Source: Promethearchaeia archaeon
GTDB lineage: Archaea > Asgardarchaeota > Lokiarchaeia > Sigyniarchaeales > SOKP01
NCBI GenBank assembly: GCA_029856105.1
Contig: JAHQWH010000155.1
Location: forward strand, 71,699-135,698
Length of the DNA stretch: 64,000 bases
Reading direction: 5' to 3'
Under the pieces are notes generated by a model. It did not search any database. It was not told where the DNA came from and saw only the letters and a list, made by a program, of their open reading frames with translations. Made by a program: the position numbers and the translations under genes. Positions 39,787 to 49,012 of this stretch are shown one piece after another; within the stretch, counting starts at the first letter, position 1, and the number at the start of each line of letters is the position of its first letter.

Positions 39787-41301
39787 TTAAGAAGTTTGTA
39801 TAGTTTCAATTTTTGGGAACTTTCCATGCTTTTGCAAGAATTCTCGATAATAATTCACTTTATCTAAAACAGAACCCGCAAGTTCTAACGATTCGAAAAC
39901 AGGAACGTTGCGATTTAACAATTTTAGTTTAAATTTGTATCTACTTTTATAAGCTTCGAATCCTTCGTTTATTTTTAACATAACGCAATACATTGGTTTT
40001 GTACACGCGCTTTTTGCTTTAGAAATAAATCTTATAAATTCTTTGTTTAAATCGAGCCCTTTATACCCCAATTCGTCCAAAATTTCTTCAAACCCTCCAA
40101 ATCTTTCGGGATCTTTAACGAAGATAATAGAAGAAATGTTAGGGTCTTTATCTAGAGCTAAAATTGTACGATAATAGATGTTTGGTTGGATTCCCATTCC
40201 GCCTAAATCTATTGGATTTGTTAAGTTAGTATTTACATCTGGGATGAATCTTTTCATTTTATTCATTGTCTTCTCTGTTAATTGGGGTATTTTTAAATTA
40301 AATTTTTCTAATATGTCTATTGCCTCAATCGTGGAACCACCACCAATTCCAATCACCCCTACATTGCGCGTGTCTGGTAAGCGAGTTAGATTAAAGGCAG
40401 AGGCTAGCGCGGCAAGCTCGTTTGAATTACTTGCTATACAACTACCTGTTTGCGTCCCTACTGCCTTCCAAATTTCATTGTTCCCGGCTAAACCTCCAGT
40501 GTGAGATAAAATTGCTTTCTTTGTTGCTTCACCATATCCAGCCCTCCAAAGAATTACGGGTTTCCTATTTAAATTGCATTTTTTAACAATTCCCATAAAT
40601 TTCCGTCCCTGTTCGATTGATCTCAAGTTCTCAATGTACAAACCAATAATTTTGGTGTGTTCATCAGTTAAGAAATATTCTAAAAATTCTACTGGAGATA
40701 AATCTAACGAATTACCAATTGAAATCGATTTTGAGGTGTATAATCCATATGAAACGATAAGCTGAGAGATATTTTGAGCAATTCCACCAGATTGAAATAT
40801 TCCACCAAAGTTGCCTGCTTTTCTGGATTGCGCAAAGGCAAAATAGAGACCTCCTTTTGGATTGTATACGCCGATACAGTTAGGCCCTATAATTCGAATG
40901 TTATATTTTCGAGCTACTTGTATAGTTTGGTTTTCCAGCGTCGCGTTTCCTACCTCGCGGAAACCGGAAGAAAAAATTGTGCAAAACGGGACATTTCTCT
41001 GACCGACTTCCTCCAATAATTTAGGAACCAGACGTGAAGGGACAGCTAATATGACGTAATCAATGGGTTCTGAAATATCTAAAATAGAGTTATAGACTTT
41101 ATAACCTAAGAGCTCTTTTCCAGCTAATCGAGGATTAAATAAATACATCGGTCCTCGAAACTTATCTTTCATTGCCCGGACGAAAAAGCCCCCACCTGCT
41201 GGATCCCAGCTCGCTCCAATAATTCCAATAGATCTTGGAAAGAATAATCTATTAAAATCAATTTTTGATTCTTGTAATGTAGACATGAAGAAAATAACCA
41301 A
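39787..41301 (-). CDS. ADP-forming acyl-CoA synthetase alpha-subunit family (CoA-binding) protein
   Basis: FFPRSIGIIGAS, GPNCIG, QSGG, SHTGGLAG, NPIDL; true start may be ATG at 41286. Confidence 0.88.
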   Translation of the reverse strand: MVIFFMSTLQESKIDFNRLFFPRSIGIIGASWDPAGGGFFVRAMKDKFRGPMYLFNPRLAGKELLGYKVYNSILDISEPIDYVILAVPSRLVPKLLEEVGQRNVPFCTIFSSGFREVGNATLENQTIQVARKYNIRIIGPNCIGVYNPKGGLYFAFAQSRKAGNFGGIFQSGGIAQNISQLIVSYGLYTSKSISIGNSLDLSPVEFLEYFLTDEHTKIIGLYIENLRSIEQGRKFMGIVKKCNLNRKPVILWRAGYGEATKKAILSHTGGLAGNNEIWKAVGTQTGSCIASNSNELAALASAFNLTRLPDTRNVGVIGIGGGSTIEAIDILEKFNLKIPQLTEKTMNKMKRFIPDVNTNLTNPIDLGGMGIQPNIYYRTILALDKDPNISSIIFVKDPERFGGFEEILDELGYKGLDLNKEFIRFISKAKSACTKPMYCVMLKINEGFEAYKSRYKFKLKLLNRNVPVFESLELAGSVLDKVNYYREFLQKHGKFPKIETIQTS

Positions 41302-41387
41302 AATGGGTTTAAAAGATTAATGAATAAAATAGAACTTGACTAAAATATTTTATTATACTTTAAAGGGGAAGCTATCTTAGAAAATTA

Positions 41388-42113
41388 TTAGGTGACTCTT
41401 CCTAATAATTCATTAGCCATTGAAATATCATCAGTAATAATTCCATCGACCCCAAGTTCTATTAAACGCTCCATAACATCCTTATCGTTTACGGTCCAAA
41501 CATTAACTTTAAGATTGTTTTTATGAGCAAAATCAACGATTTCTTTGTCAGCTATATTATAATTTGGATGAATTGAGTAAAACTTTTTATCTGCTGCTTT
41601 TAAAATCTTTCTTTTAATTTGGGGAACTCGTACAAGATCTGTGGATAACAAAACGCCGAGCTTTATTTTAGGCTCTAATTTTTTCAACTTCACTAACTCG
41701 CCAAATGCAAAACTGCTAACAATTGAAGTATTTACAAGATTTTCCTCTTTCATAATTTTAATCAATTTCTCAAGTAGACCACTAGTTTTAATTTCTATTT
41801 GCAAACACACTTTCTCTTTTGCAATTTTAATTAATTCTAATAAAGTAGGTATTTTTTCGCCTTCGCCAGCATCTAATTTTTTAATTTCTTCCAAAGTCAT
41901 ATCTTTAATCAATCCATGGACGCCTGTAATACTTAAGGTATCTGAATCGTGAATTATGACAATTTCGCCATCTTTAGTTTTATATATGTCAAATTCTACC
42001 ATATCAGCTTTTAATTCGATTGCTTTCTTAAAAGCCATTAAAGTGTTTTCAGGGGCGATCGCGTTTGCGCCTTTATGTCCAATTACTAAAATATCTTTTT
42101 TTTCTAATGTCAT
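41388..42113 (-). CDS. Glycerophosphodiester phosphodiesterase family protein
   Basis: GHKGA, PENT, EFD, HD, IPTL, IEIK, SSF, WTVN, DGIITD. Confidence 0.92.
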   Translation of the reverse strand: MTLEKKDILVIGHKGANAIAPENTLMAFKKAIELKADMVEFDIYKTKDGEIVIIHDSDTLSITGVHGLIKDMTLEEIKKLDAGEGEKIPTLLELIKIAKEKVCLQIEIKTSGLLEKLIKIMKEENLVNTSIVSSFAFGELVKLKKLEPKIKLGVLLSTDLVRVPQIKRKILKAADKKFYSIHPNYNIADKEIVDFAHKNNLKVNVWTVNDKDVMERLIELGVDGIITDDISMANELLGRVT

Positions 42114-42147
42114 AAATAAAATCCCTTCAAATATTTAAGATTCGAAT

Positions 42148-42882
42148 TTAAGAAAATGATTTTAAGATTTCTTTCGTATGGGAAATATCATCAGTGATTA
42201 TACCATCAACACCTAACCTTATAAGTTTCTTAATAACCACCTTAGAATCAACCGTATACGGAAAAACTTTTATGTTATTAGCGTGAGCAAAATCTACAAA
42301 CTGCTGATCTACCATCATAACAAAGGGATTAATCGCGTAAAGGTTATTATCTATGCAATACTGAATCATTTCTTTTTTTGTATCCCAATCATTCTTTATA
42401 GTGCTTGTAGTTGGTTCTAGTGAAGCTAATTTTAGGGAGGGCTCTAACTTTTGAATTTTTAATAGCTCATCATGTATAAAGGAACTTACCAATGTTGTGT
42501 CTAAAATATCATAATCTCTAAAAATACGAATAACTTTTTCTACAATTCCTTCTACTATGATTTCGCAATTTAAACCAATCTTATTTTTTGTCAGTTCAAC
42601 TAATTCTTGCAAAGTGGGAATTTTTTCGCCATCTCCAAAGTCTAATTTTCTCAATTCGTTTAAAGTCATATCTTTTATTAATCCATCTTTACCAGTTATT
42701 CTTTTAATGTCTTCGTCATGTGTAACTACTAGATATCCATCTCGAGTTTCTTGGACATCAAACTCCACATAATCGCCTTTTAATTCAATAGCTTTTTGAA
42801 ACGCTTTTAGTGTATTTTCGGGTGAAACAGAGCTTGCACCACGATGTCCTACTATTAGAATTTTTTTTTCGCTTTCAATCAT
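42148..42882 (-). CDS. Glycerophosphodiester phosphodiesterase family protein (tandem paralog)
   Basis: GHRGA, PENT, EFD, HD, IPTL, SSF, YTVD, DGIITD. Confidence 0.92.
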   Translation of the reverse strand: MIESEKKILIVGHRGASSVSPENTLKAFQKAIELKGDYVEFDVQETRDGYLVVTHDEDIKRITGKDGLIKDMTLNELRKLDFGDGEKIPTLQELVELTKNKIGLNCEIIVEGIVEKVIRIFRDYDILDTTLVSSFIHDELLKIQKLEPSLKLASLEPTTSTIKNDWDTKKEMIQYCIDNNLYAINPFVMMVDQQFVDFAHANNIKVFPYTVDSKVVIKKLIRLGVDGIITDDISHTKEILKSFS

Positions 42883-43224
42883 CTTATAAATCTTACTTAA
42901 AACTTAAACTTGCTAAGGAAATTTAATATTACTTTTTAATTAAATTTTATTTTAGCAAATTAAAAACTATTAACTCCGAAAAACTCGACTTCTGATTATT
43001 TATACTTTCACAAACAAATTTCTCATAACCAAATTATTAGTTATACAATAAGATTGTAAAAGAAAAATTTAAATACTCAAATACGGCAACAAGTATTGGT
43101 CGCCATTAAATTTATAAATATAGAATATTTTAATAATTAATTGATAGAAGATTATTGTATAATACTAACAAGTAAATATAGAGAGATAATTTTTAAAGAA
43201 AAAAATTTGGTGGTCAACGAAACT

Positions 43225-43476
43225 ATGAGATTTTGCCCAGATTGCGATAACATCTTGATACCTAGAAACAAAAAGCTATTCTGCAAAGCGTGTGAGAAAG
43301 AATTCGAGATAGATCCAAATAATAACGATTATAATATAGTTAAAACGATAAAACACGATGATAAAGAAGCAGCTCCTATAGTGGTAAAGAAAGTCCCTAC
43401 ACAATCGAAAATTTCATCTCAAGATAGGAAAGCTTTTGAAGAGTTCTTCGATGCGGGCGATGTAAGCGATTACTAG
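43225..43476 (+). CDS. TFS/RpoM-like protein with only the N-terminal zinc ribbon
   Basis: MRFCPDCDNILIP...LFCKAC matches the RNA_POL_M_15KD N-terminal ribbon; ATG 43225 preferred over TTG 43141. Confidence 0.75.
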   Translation: MRFCPDCDNILIPRNKKLFCKACEKEFEIDPNNNDYNIVKTIKHDDKEAAPIVVKKVPTQSKISSQDRKAFEEFFDAGDVSDY

Positions 43477-43629
43477 TTTTGCGGAGAGAAACTATTATAC
43501 TCTATTCGTTCCATCTTCCTCGTTTTTAATTTTAGATTTTGTTAAAAAAAGATATTTTTAACTTTCATATTAGATTTAATTTAAGTGGGATTTTTTTTTT
43601 AACGATTTTGATAATAGTAATGTTGAAAG

Positions 43630-44037
43630 TTGATTAAAATGGCTGAAGAAAAAAAGAAACGGTTAAAAGGTTTTGCTAAAGTCGTAGCTAAAGAGGTCGA
43701 AGTTTTAAATACTATTGAGCAGTTCAAGGAAGATTTTAAAGATTCTGAATTAAAAATTCTCTTAAACGCCAAAGATGGAAAATACGCTGCTTTGTTAGTA
43801 ATCGAAAAAGGCAAAGTTTTTGTGGAGAGTATTGAAAACAACCCAAAGGAAAACATCAAGAAGAAGAATGCTGGATGGGATGGTTTATTACAAACAAAGA
43901 CCGAAGTGTTTGTTGACCTCTTGGGAGGAGGTGATATTTCAATGGGATCAATTATTTGGAAAATTCTCACCTTTCGAATCAAAATTAAGGGAATTAAAAA
44001 CGTTCTAACTCTATTGAAATTATTTGAATATGAATAG
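43630..44037 (+). CDS. SCP2 sterol/lipid-carrier-like protein
   Basis: AALLVIEKGKV, FVDLLGG and terminal RIKIKG..L..L pattern of the SCP2 fold. Confidence 0.6.
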   Translation: MIKMAEEKKKRLKGFAKVVAKEVEVLNTIEQFKEDFKDSELKILLNAKDGKYAALLVIEKGKVFVESIENNPKENIKKKNAGWDGLLQTKTEVFVDLLGGGDISMGSIIWKILTFRIKIKGIKNVLTLLKLFEYE

Positions 44038-44110
44038 ACTTTTGTTAGAAGTTCATAAAATCTAAATTAAAGATAAGAATTTGATTTTTTCTTTCTTCTA
44101 TTTTCTAATT

Positions 44111-44542
44111 TTAAATTTCTAATTTGAATACATTAATTAATGATAACATTTTTTCTTTTAATCCTTCAGAGGGCTCATCTTTGATAGATTGAATAAGTAC
44201 ATTTTTATCTTGTTCAGAGATATCGTGAAATCTATCAAGAAATAGTCTCAAGTAGAGAATTTTTTTTGATGGATTTTTCTGGATATTGGAAACGAGATTA
44301 TCAATTATGTAACTGATTGAAATAAGTTCTGAGCTTGTCGATTCAGAAACACAAATATTTTCTTTAGAAAAGCCATGTTCTTTAATAATATTATTTTTTT
44401 TAATAATATCGCTGGTTATCTCTTTGAGAAGATCATTTCGTGAGGTGATTGTTAAGTTTGAAAGAAATTCTTCCATTTCTCTGGTTTTTTTCTCAATATC
44501 CTTAATCATCAACAGCGTTTTGTTTACTTTTTCCTGATTCAT
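44111..44542 (-). CDS. Hypothetical helical protein
   Basis: 143-aa ORF with normal composition; no motif recognised. Confidence 0.6.
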   Translation of the reverse strand: MNQEKVNKTLLMIKDIEKKTREMEEFLSNLTITSRNDLLKEITSDIIKKNNIIKEHGFSKENICVSESTSSELISISYIIDNLVSNIQKNPSKKILYLRLFLDRFHDISEQDKNVLIQSIKDEPSEGLKEKMLSLINVFKLEI

Positions 44543-44772
44543 ATATAGACTAGACTTGTCTAAATTTTTAAATTTTTCCTTACTTATTTTAGTTGTATGG
44601 ATAAACTTATAGTAGGAGACATCTAAACGTTCGAATAAATTAGAACCTTAAGGTTTAAAGCCTTTTTATACTTTCTTTTCTTACAACATTAAAATTTGTT
44701 TAATCACATATTAGATTATTTTTAATTATTATTATCAAATCTAAATTTTTTAATTTTAACGGGTTAACATTT

Positions 44773-45951
44773 ATGTCTGAATCAAGAATCATAAAAAAGA
44801 CTCCTGAAATGGAAGATTACGAAGAAGAAACGGGAAAATTAGCAATATGGAAAGGTAAGGTAAATAAAGATTTTAAGAAGTGGCAAATAAAGAAGCAAAA
44901 AGATTCGATTAAAAAAGCAAAAACAGAAACGCTCTCATTATCTCGTCAAGAAAGAAAACAAGTAAAAACAGATTTGAAGCAACAAAAAGAAGTAGGGAAA
45001 GATTACGAACATCTAATTGTTGTTGAAAATTTACACAAAACATATTTGCTAGGGACGACAGCAGTGGCAGCTCTCCGTGGCGTCGATTTAACAATTGATA
45101 AAGGCAATTTCATTGATATTATGGGTCCTTCTGGAAGTGGTAAGACAACTCTCTTGAATCTAATTGGTGGTCTTGACACTCCTACGAGAGGAAAAATCTT
45201 TTTAGAAGGTCGTAATATTTCTATGCTAAATGATAATGCTTTAGCAGAAATAAGAAGAGAACGAATAGGATTTGTCTTTCAATTTTATAATTTATTACCT
45301 CAGATGACATCTTTAGAAAATGTAATGGTTCCTTTACATTTTTCAGGTAAATTAAGTAAACGAGGAAAGAAAAAGAAAGCTTTGGATTTATTAGATCTTG
45401 TTGGTTTAGAAGAACGTTCACATCATACTCCTTCAGAATTAAGCGGCGGAGAACAACAAAGAGTAGCAATTGCGAGAGCTTTTGCTAACGACCCAGCCTT
45501 AGTAATTCTCGACGAACCGACCGGCGACTTAGATTCCAAGACCGGAATTATGATTTTGAACCTTATTAGAGATCTGAATAAAAAAGGAGCAACATTTATA
45601 TCGGTATCTCACGATGCAGCAGTTTCTGAATTCGCTTCTAAAGTTTTTCACATGAGAGATGGAAAGTTAACCCATGAAGGTAAAATTGGAGGCTTGAAAG
45701 AAACAGAAACCATGCAAATAAGAAGAAAACAAGAAGCCGAAATAAATAAAGAAAAATGTAAAAATTTGATTTTTAGATTTTTGTTCGCAAATCAGGGGAA
45801 AAATAAGATTAATGTAAGCGATATTAAAGATTCTATTCCAAATCCAATTGTTATGAACTTACCAGAACATTTTAACGATATTTTGGCAGAATTATTACAA
45901 GAAAATAATATTAACGGAAATATTACAGGAGATATATTGTTCTTAAATTAA
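44773..45951 (+). CDS. ABC ATP-binding protein, LolD/MacB/FtsE family, with N- and C-terminal extensions
   Basis: GPSGSGKTT, IGFVFQFYNL, LSGGEQQRVAIARA, ILDEPTGDLD, SHD. Confidence 0.95.
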   Translation: MSESRIIKKTPEMEDYEEETGKLAIWKGKVNKDFKKWQIKKQKDSIKKAKTETLSLSRQERKQVKTDLKQQKEVGKDYEHLIVVENLHKTYLLGTTAVAALRGVDLTIDKGNFIDIMGPSGSGKTTLLNLIGGLDTPTRGKIFLEGRNISMLNDNALAEIRRERIGFVFQFYNLLPQMTSLENVMVPLHFSGKLSKRGKKKKALDLLDLVGLEERSHHTPSELSGGEQQRVAIARAFANDPALVILDEPTGDLDSKTGIMILNLIRDLNKKGATFISVSHDAAVSEFASKVFHMRDGKLTHEGKIGGLKETETMQIRRKQEAEINKEKCKNLIFRFLFANQGKNKINVSDIKDSIPNPIVMNLPEHFNDILAELLQENNINGNITGDILFLN

Positions 45952-46004
45952 AGTAATTCATCTATATGAATATTTAATACAAATATAGAAATTTTTTAGT
46001 TCAA

Positions 46005-48995
46005 ATGCCCAATATTAGATTAGTATTTAAATACGCATTTAAAGACCTTTTACGTCATAAAGTTAGAACTTCATTAGGTATAATCGGGGTAATGATTTCT
46101 GTAGGACTTTTAGCATTAGTTCTATTTTTATCTGATTCTATTTCTGTAACATTTGTTGATTACCTTAGTATAGACGCGGGTCAGCAGGACTTTAATATCC
46201 GCGTAAGACATTACAATGGTGAGCCCAGTAATCGTTCTAATTATTTTGATTATCAACCATTAGTAGAAACAATACAAAACGATTTGGATGAAATCGGAGG
46301 CTTCATACCAAGAATGAGCTTATGGGGTAATGTAAACGTTTCTAAAGGGTTCGAAACTCAAGAATTGTTTAATGAAAGAGTAGGAGTATCTATCTCAGGA
46401 ATAAATTTTACTTTGGAAAATAAACTGAGATTTGGTAGTTTTGTTAAACCCGGTTTAAACGAATTGTTAGATTTATCGAATCTACCCTTATATCACTGCG
46501 CTATTTATTCTGGTTTCAACGATGATATCAAATACGCGGAAAACGATACAATTGAAATAAGGATGGGTTTGTGGCATGGTGATGAATATTTATACAGAGT
46601 TCAAAATTTTACAATTGATAGGATTTTTGATTTTCAATTAAAATGGCCAATAGGTTACGAAAATAGACCATTAATAGTTGTTGATATTAACACGCTTTAT
46701 GACCTTTTTGGTAATGAAAAGTTTAATGGAAAATGTAATGAATTAATTCTTACATTAAAAAAAGGTCTAAACTTGTATGACGCAAGAGATATTGAGGGTT
46801 CTGAAAACATAGTGAAAGACTTAGCTGGTGAAATCCAACTTTTAATCGGAATTAATGAATATAACATCGATCTACCCAAATTAAATATATTAGGTTTTTC
46901 AGAATATTTGAGCGTTGGAATCACGATAATCTTTGTTTTTGTATCAATGATCTCGATGTTGATATCAGGAGTGTTAATCAACGGAATACTTAAAACATCT
47001 GTAGAAGAACGAATAAGAGAGTTCGGAATCTTTAGGACCTTAGGTGCTACTAAGAAATATAATCTGATAATAGTATTAGTTCAAGGAATGATCCTATGTA
47101 ATTTTGGAACGATATTAGGTATTATTTTTGCCCAACTGGCAACTCAATACGTAGTGCTCCCTATCGCGGGGGCTGTAGTGGCAGAATCCATACCTGGTTT
47201 AGCAGGCAATTTATCGTTTTCTATTACATTTTTGTCTATATTATTTTCATATATTATAGGAGTAAGTGTTGGGCTTATAGTAAGCATCTCTCCAGCGTTA
47301 AAAGTAATGAAACTTCAATTAATTGAGTCAATTCATCCATATCGTAAGGAAGATGTGTTATATAGGCTTCGAAAAAAGGCTCCTGTAAATTATAAATTAT
47401 TAGTAGTTGGTATTATCTTAGCTGCTAACGGTGCTTTTGTTCTTTTTGTTATTCCAAGAATAATGACAACTGGAGATTTTGCGCTAATGTCAGGTGTATT
47501 AATAGCTCTCCTTATACTGTTTTTAATCGGAATGACACTAGCTGGACTAGGATTATTACCTTTAATTTTAAGATTTTTTATTGAGTTTTTTCACATGTTT
47601 AATAAAAAACTAGCACCAGTGTATAAAATATTCATATTTAGATATGCGAGGAGAAATTCGAGCACAATTGTTACTTTTGCTTTTACTTTTTCTTTCGTGA
47701 TATTTACGGCAGGGGCATTTAGTTTTTTGTCGAGTCAAACAGTGCTAGGTGCAAATCTTAGCTATGGTGCCGATTTAGTGATAGAAACGCAAGGTTGGTC
47801 CGAGGCGGAAGAAGTAGAAGAGTTTGGTTTTGGAGGTATGGGTGGTGACTTAACAAGTATTTCAATTAACGAGCTTAAAAGTAGTCAAGATAATGGATAT
47901 TCTGTAGATCCAAACAGAATCTTAACAAGCGACTTTAAATTTGAATTGCTAAAAATAGAGGGCATAGAAAGAGTATCTACGGTAATCGCAAGCCCTTTCC
48001 ATTTGACGCAAATTTACTCAGAAGAAGGTAAAGAATTCACAGCAGAGATTGGAGATTACGCAGGTTTATCCGGTCATGAAATTAGTTTAATAGGAATTGA
48101 TGAAGTATATCCTTCTACAATTAAAACTGAATTTATAGAATTTACTCAAGGTGATCTTTTATCGTCTTTTGAACAACTTTTTGAGGAACAAGAGGCATAT
48201 ACATGCATCATTTCCGAAGGTATTTCTGTAAGTTTAGATATGCATTTAGGCGACATTGTACGAATGGTAATTCAACTCGGCGACGAATCTGAGATATATC
48301 CGTTTAAAGTAGTTGGTATAGCAGCCGTTATGCCAGGTTTTTTTGCGGAATTTGGCAGATCAAGCGCATCGGCACATATGGGAGGAGTTATGATTTCACA
48401 AGATGTTTATATGAATATTATGGATATCCCTCCTATCCCGTATTTAGATAAAGTATTTATTAAACTCAACTTAGATACTCGAAGTTTTTCAATTAAAAGC
48501 CAATTAGAAATAGAGAACGAACAAAATTATGATTTTGATGTTATTAGCTTACAACAAGAGGTTACACAACAACAATTATTTTTCACGATTATAGATGTAT
48601 TTTTTACGATAACTTTAGACGCAACGATAGTAATATGCCTTTTTGGATTGCTCTCATCTTCTTATTCTACAATAATAGAAAGAAAAAAGGAAATTGGAAT
48701 CATCAGAACCTTAGGGTTGAAAGGAAAGGAAATAACTAAACTGTTTACTATCGAATCATTAATTATAATGTTGAGTAGTGGAACGGTAGGCGTCATTGTG
48801 GGATGGACAACCGGATTATTATTAACTACATCAATGAATTTGATGAGCGATTTGCCAAATATCCCCATTTTTCCGTTATCAGATATGATAGCAATTTTTA
48901 CGATTTCAATTATATTTACTTTAGTTGGATTAAAAATATTATTAAGAAAATCCCGGAAAAAGAAAATTGTTGATATTTACAGAGAAACTATGTAA
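46005..48995 (+). CDS. FtsX/MacB-family ABC permease (duplicated architecture)
   Basis: EERIREFGIFRTLGA and IERKKEIGIIRTLGL coupling motifs; two large extracellular loops. Confidence 0.92.
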   Translation: MPNIRLVFKYAFKDLLRHKVRTSLGIIGVMISVGLLALVLFLSDSISVTFVDYLSIDAGQQDFNIRVRHYNGEPSNRSNYFDYQPLVETIQNDLDEIGGFIPRMSLWGNVNVSKGFETQELFNERVGVSISGINFTLENKLRFGSFVKPGLNELLDLSNLPLYHCAIYSGFNDDIKYAENDTIEIRMGLWHGDEYLYRVQNFTIDRIFDFQLKWPIGYENRPLIVVDINTLYDLFGNEKFNGKCNELILTLKKGLNLYDARDIEGSENIVKDLAGEIQLLIGINEYNIDLPKLNILGFSEYLSVGITIIFVFVSMISMLISGVLINGILKTSVEERIREFGIFRTLGATKKYNLIIVLVQGMILCNFGTILGIIFAQLATQYVVLPIAGAVVAESIPGLAGNLSFSITFLSILFSYIIGVSVGLIVSISPALKVMKLQLIESIHPYRKEDVLYRLRKKAPVNYKLLVVGIILAANGAFVLFVIPRIMTTGDFALMSGVLIALLILFLIGMTLAGLGLLPLILRFFIEFFHMFNKKLAPVYKIFIFRYARRNSSTIVTFAFTFSFVIFTAGAFSFLSSQTVLGANLSYGADLVIETQGWSEAEEVEEFGFGGMGGDLTSISINELKSSQDNGYSVDPNRILTSDFKFELLKIEGIERVSTVIASPFHLTQIYSEEGKEFTAEIGDYAGLSGHEISLIGIDEVYPSTIKTEFIEFTQGDLLSSFEQLFEEQEAYTCIISEGISVSLDMHLGDIVRMVIQLGDESEIYPFKVVGIAAVMPGFFAEFGRSSASAHMGGVMISQDVYMNIMDIPPIPYLDKVFIKLNLDTRSFSIKSQLEIENEQNYDFDVISLQQEVTQQQLFFTIIDVFFTITLDATIVICLFGLLSSSYSTIIERKKEIGIIRTLGLKGKEITKLFTIESLIIMLSSGTVGVIVGWTTGLLLTTSMNLMSDLPNIPIFPLSDMIAIFTISIIFTLVGLKILLRKSRKKKIVDIYRETM

Positions 48996-49012
48996 GGAGG
49001 ATTAGAAAAAAC

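Noticed and set aside
41388-42882. Tandem GDPD duplication
   Set aside because: Ordinary paralog pair with largely intact motifs; recorded as features only.
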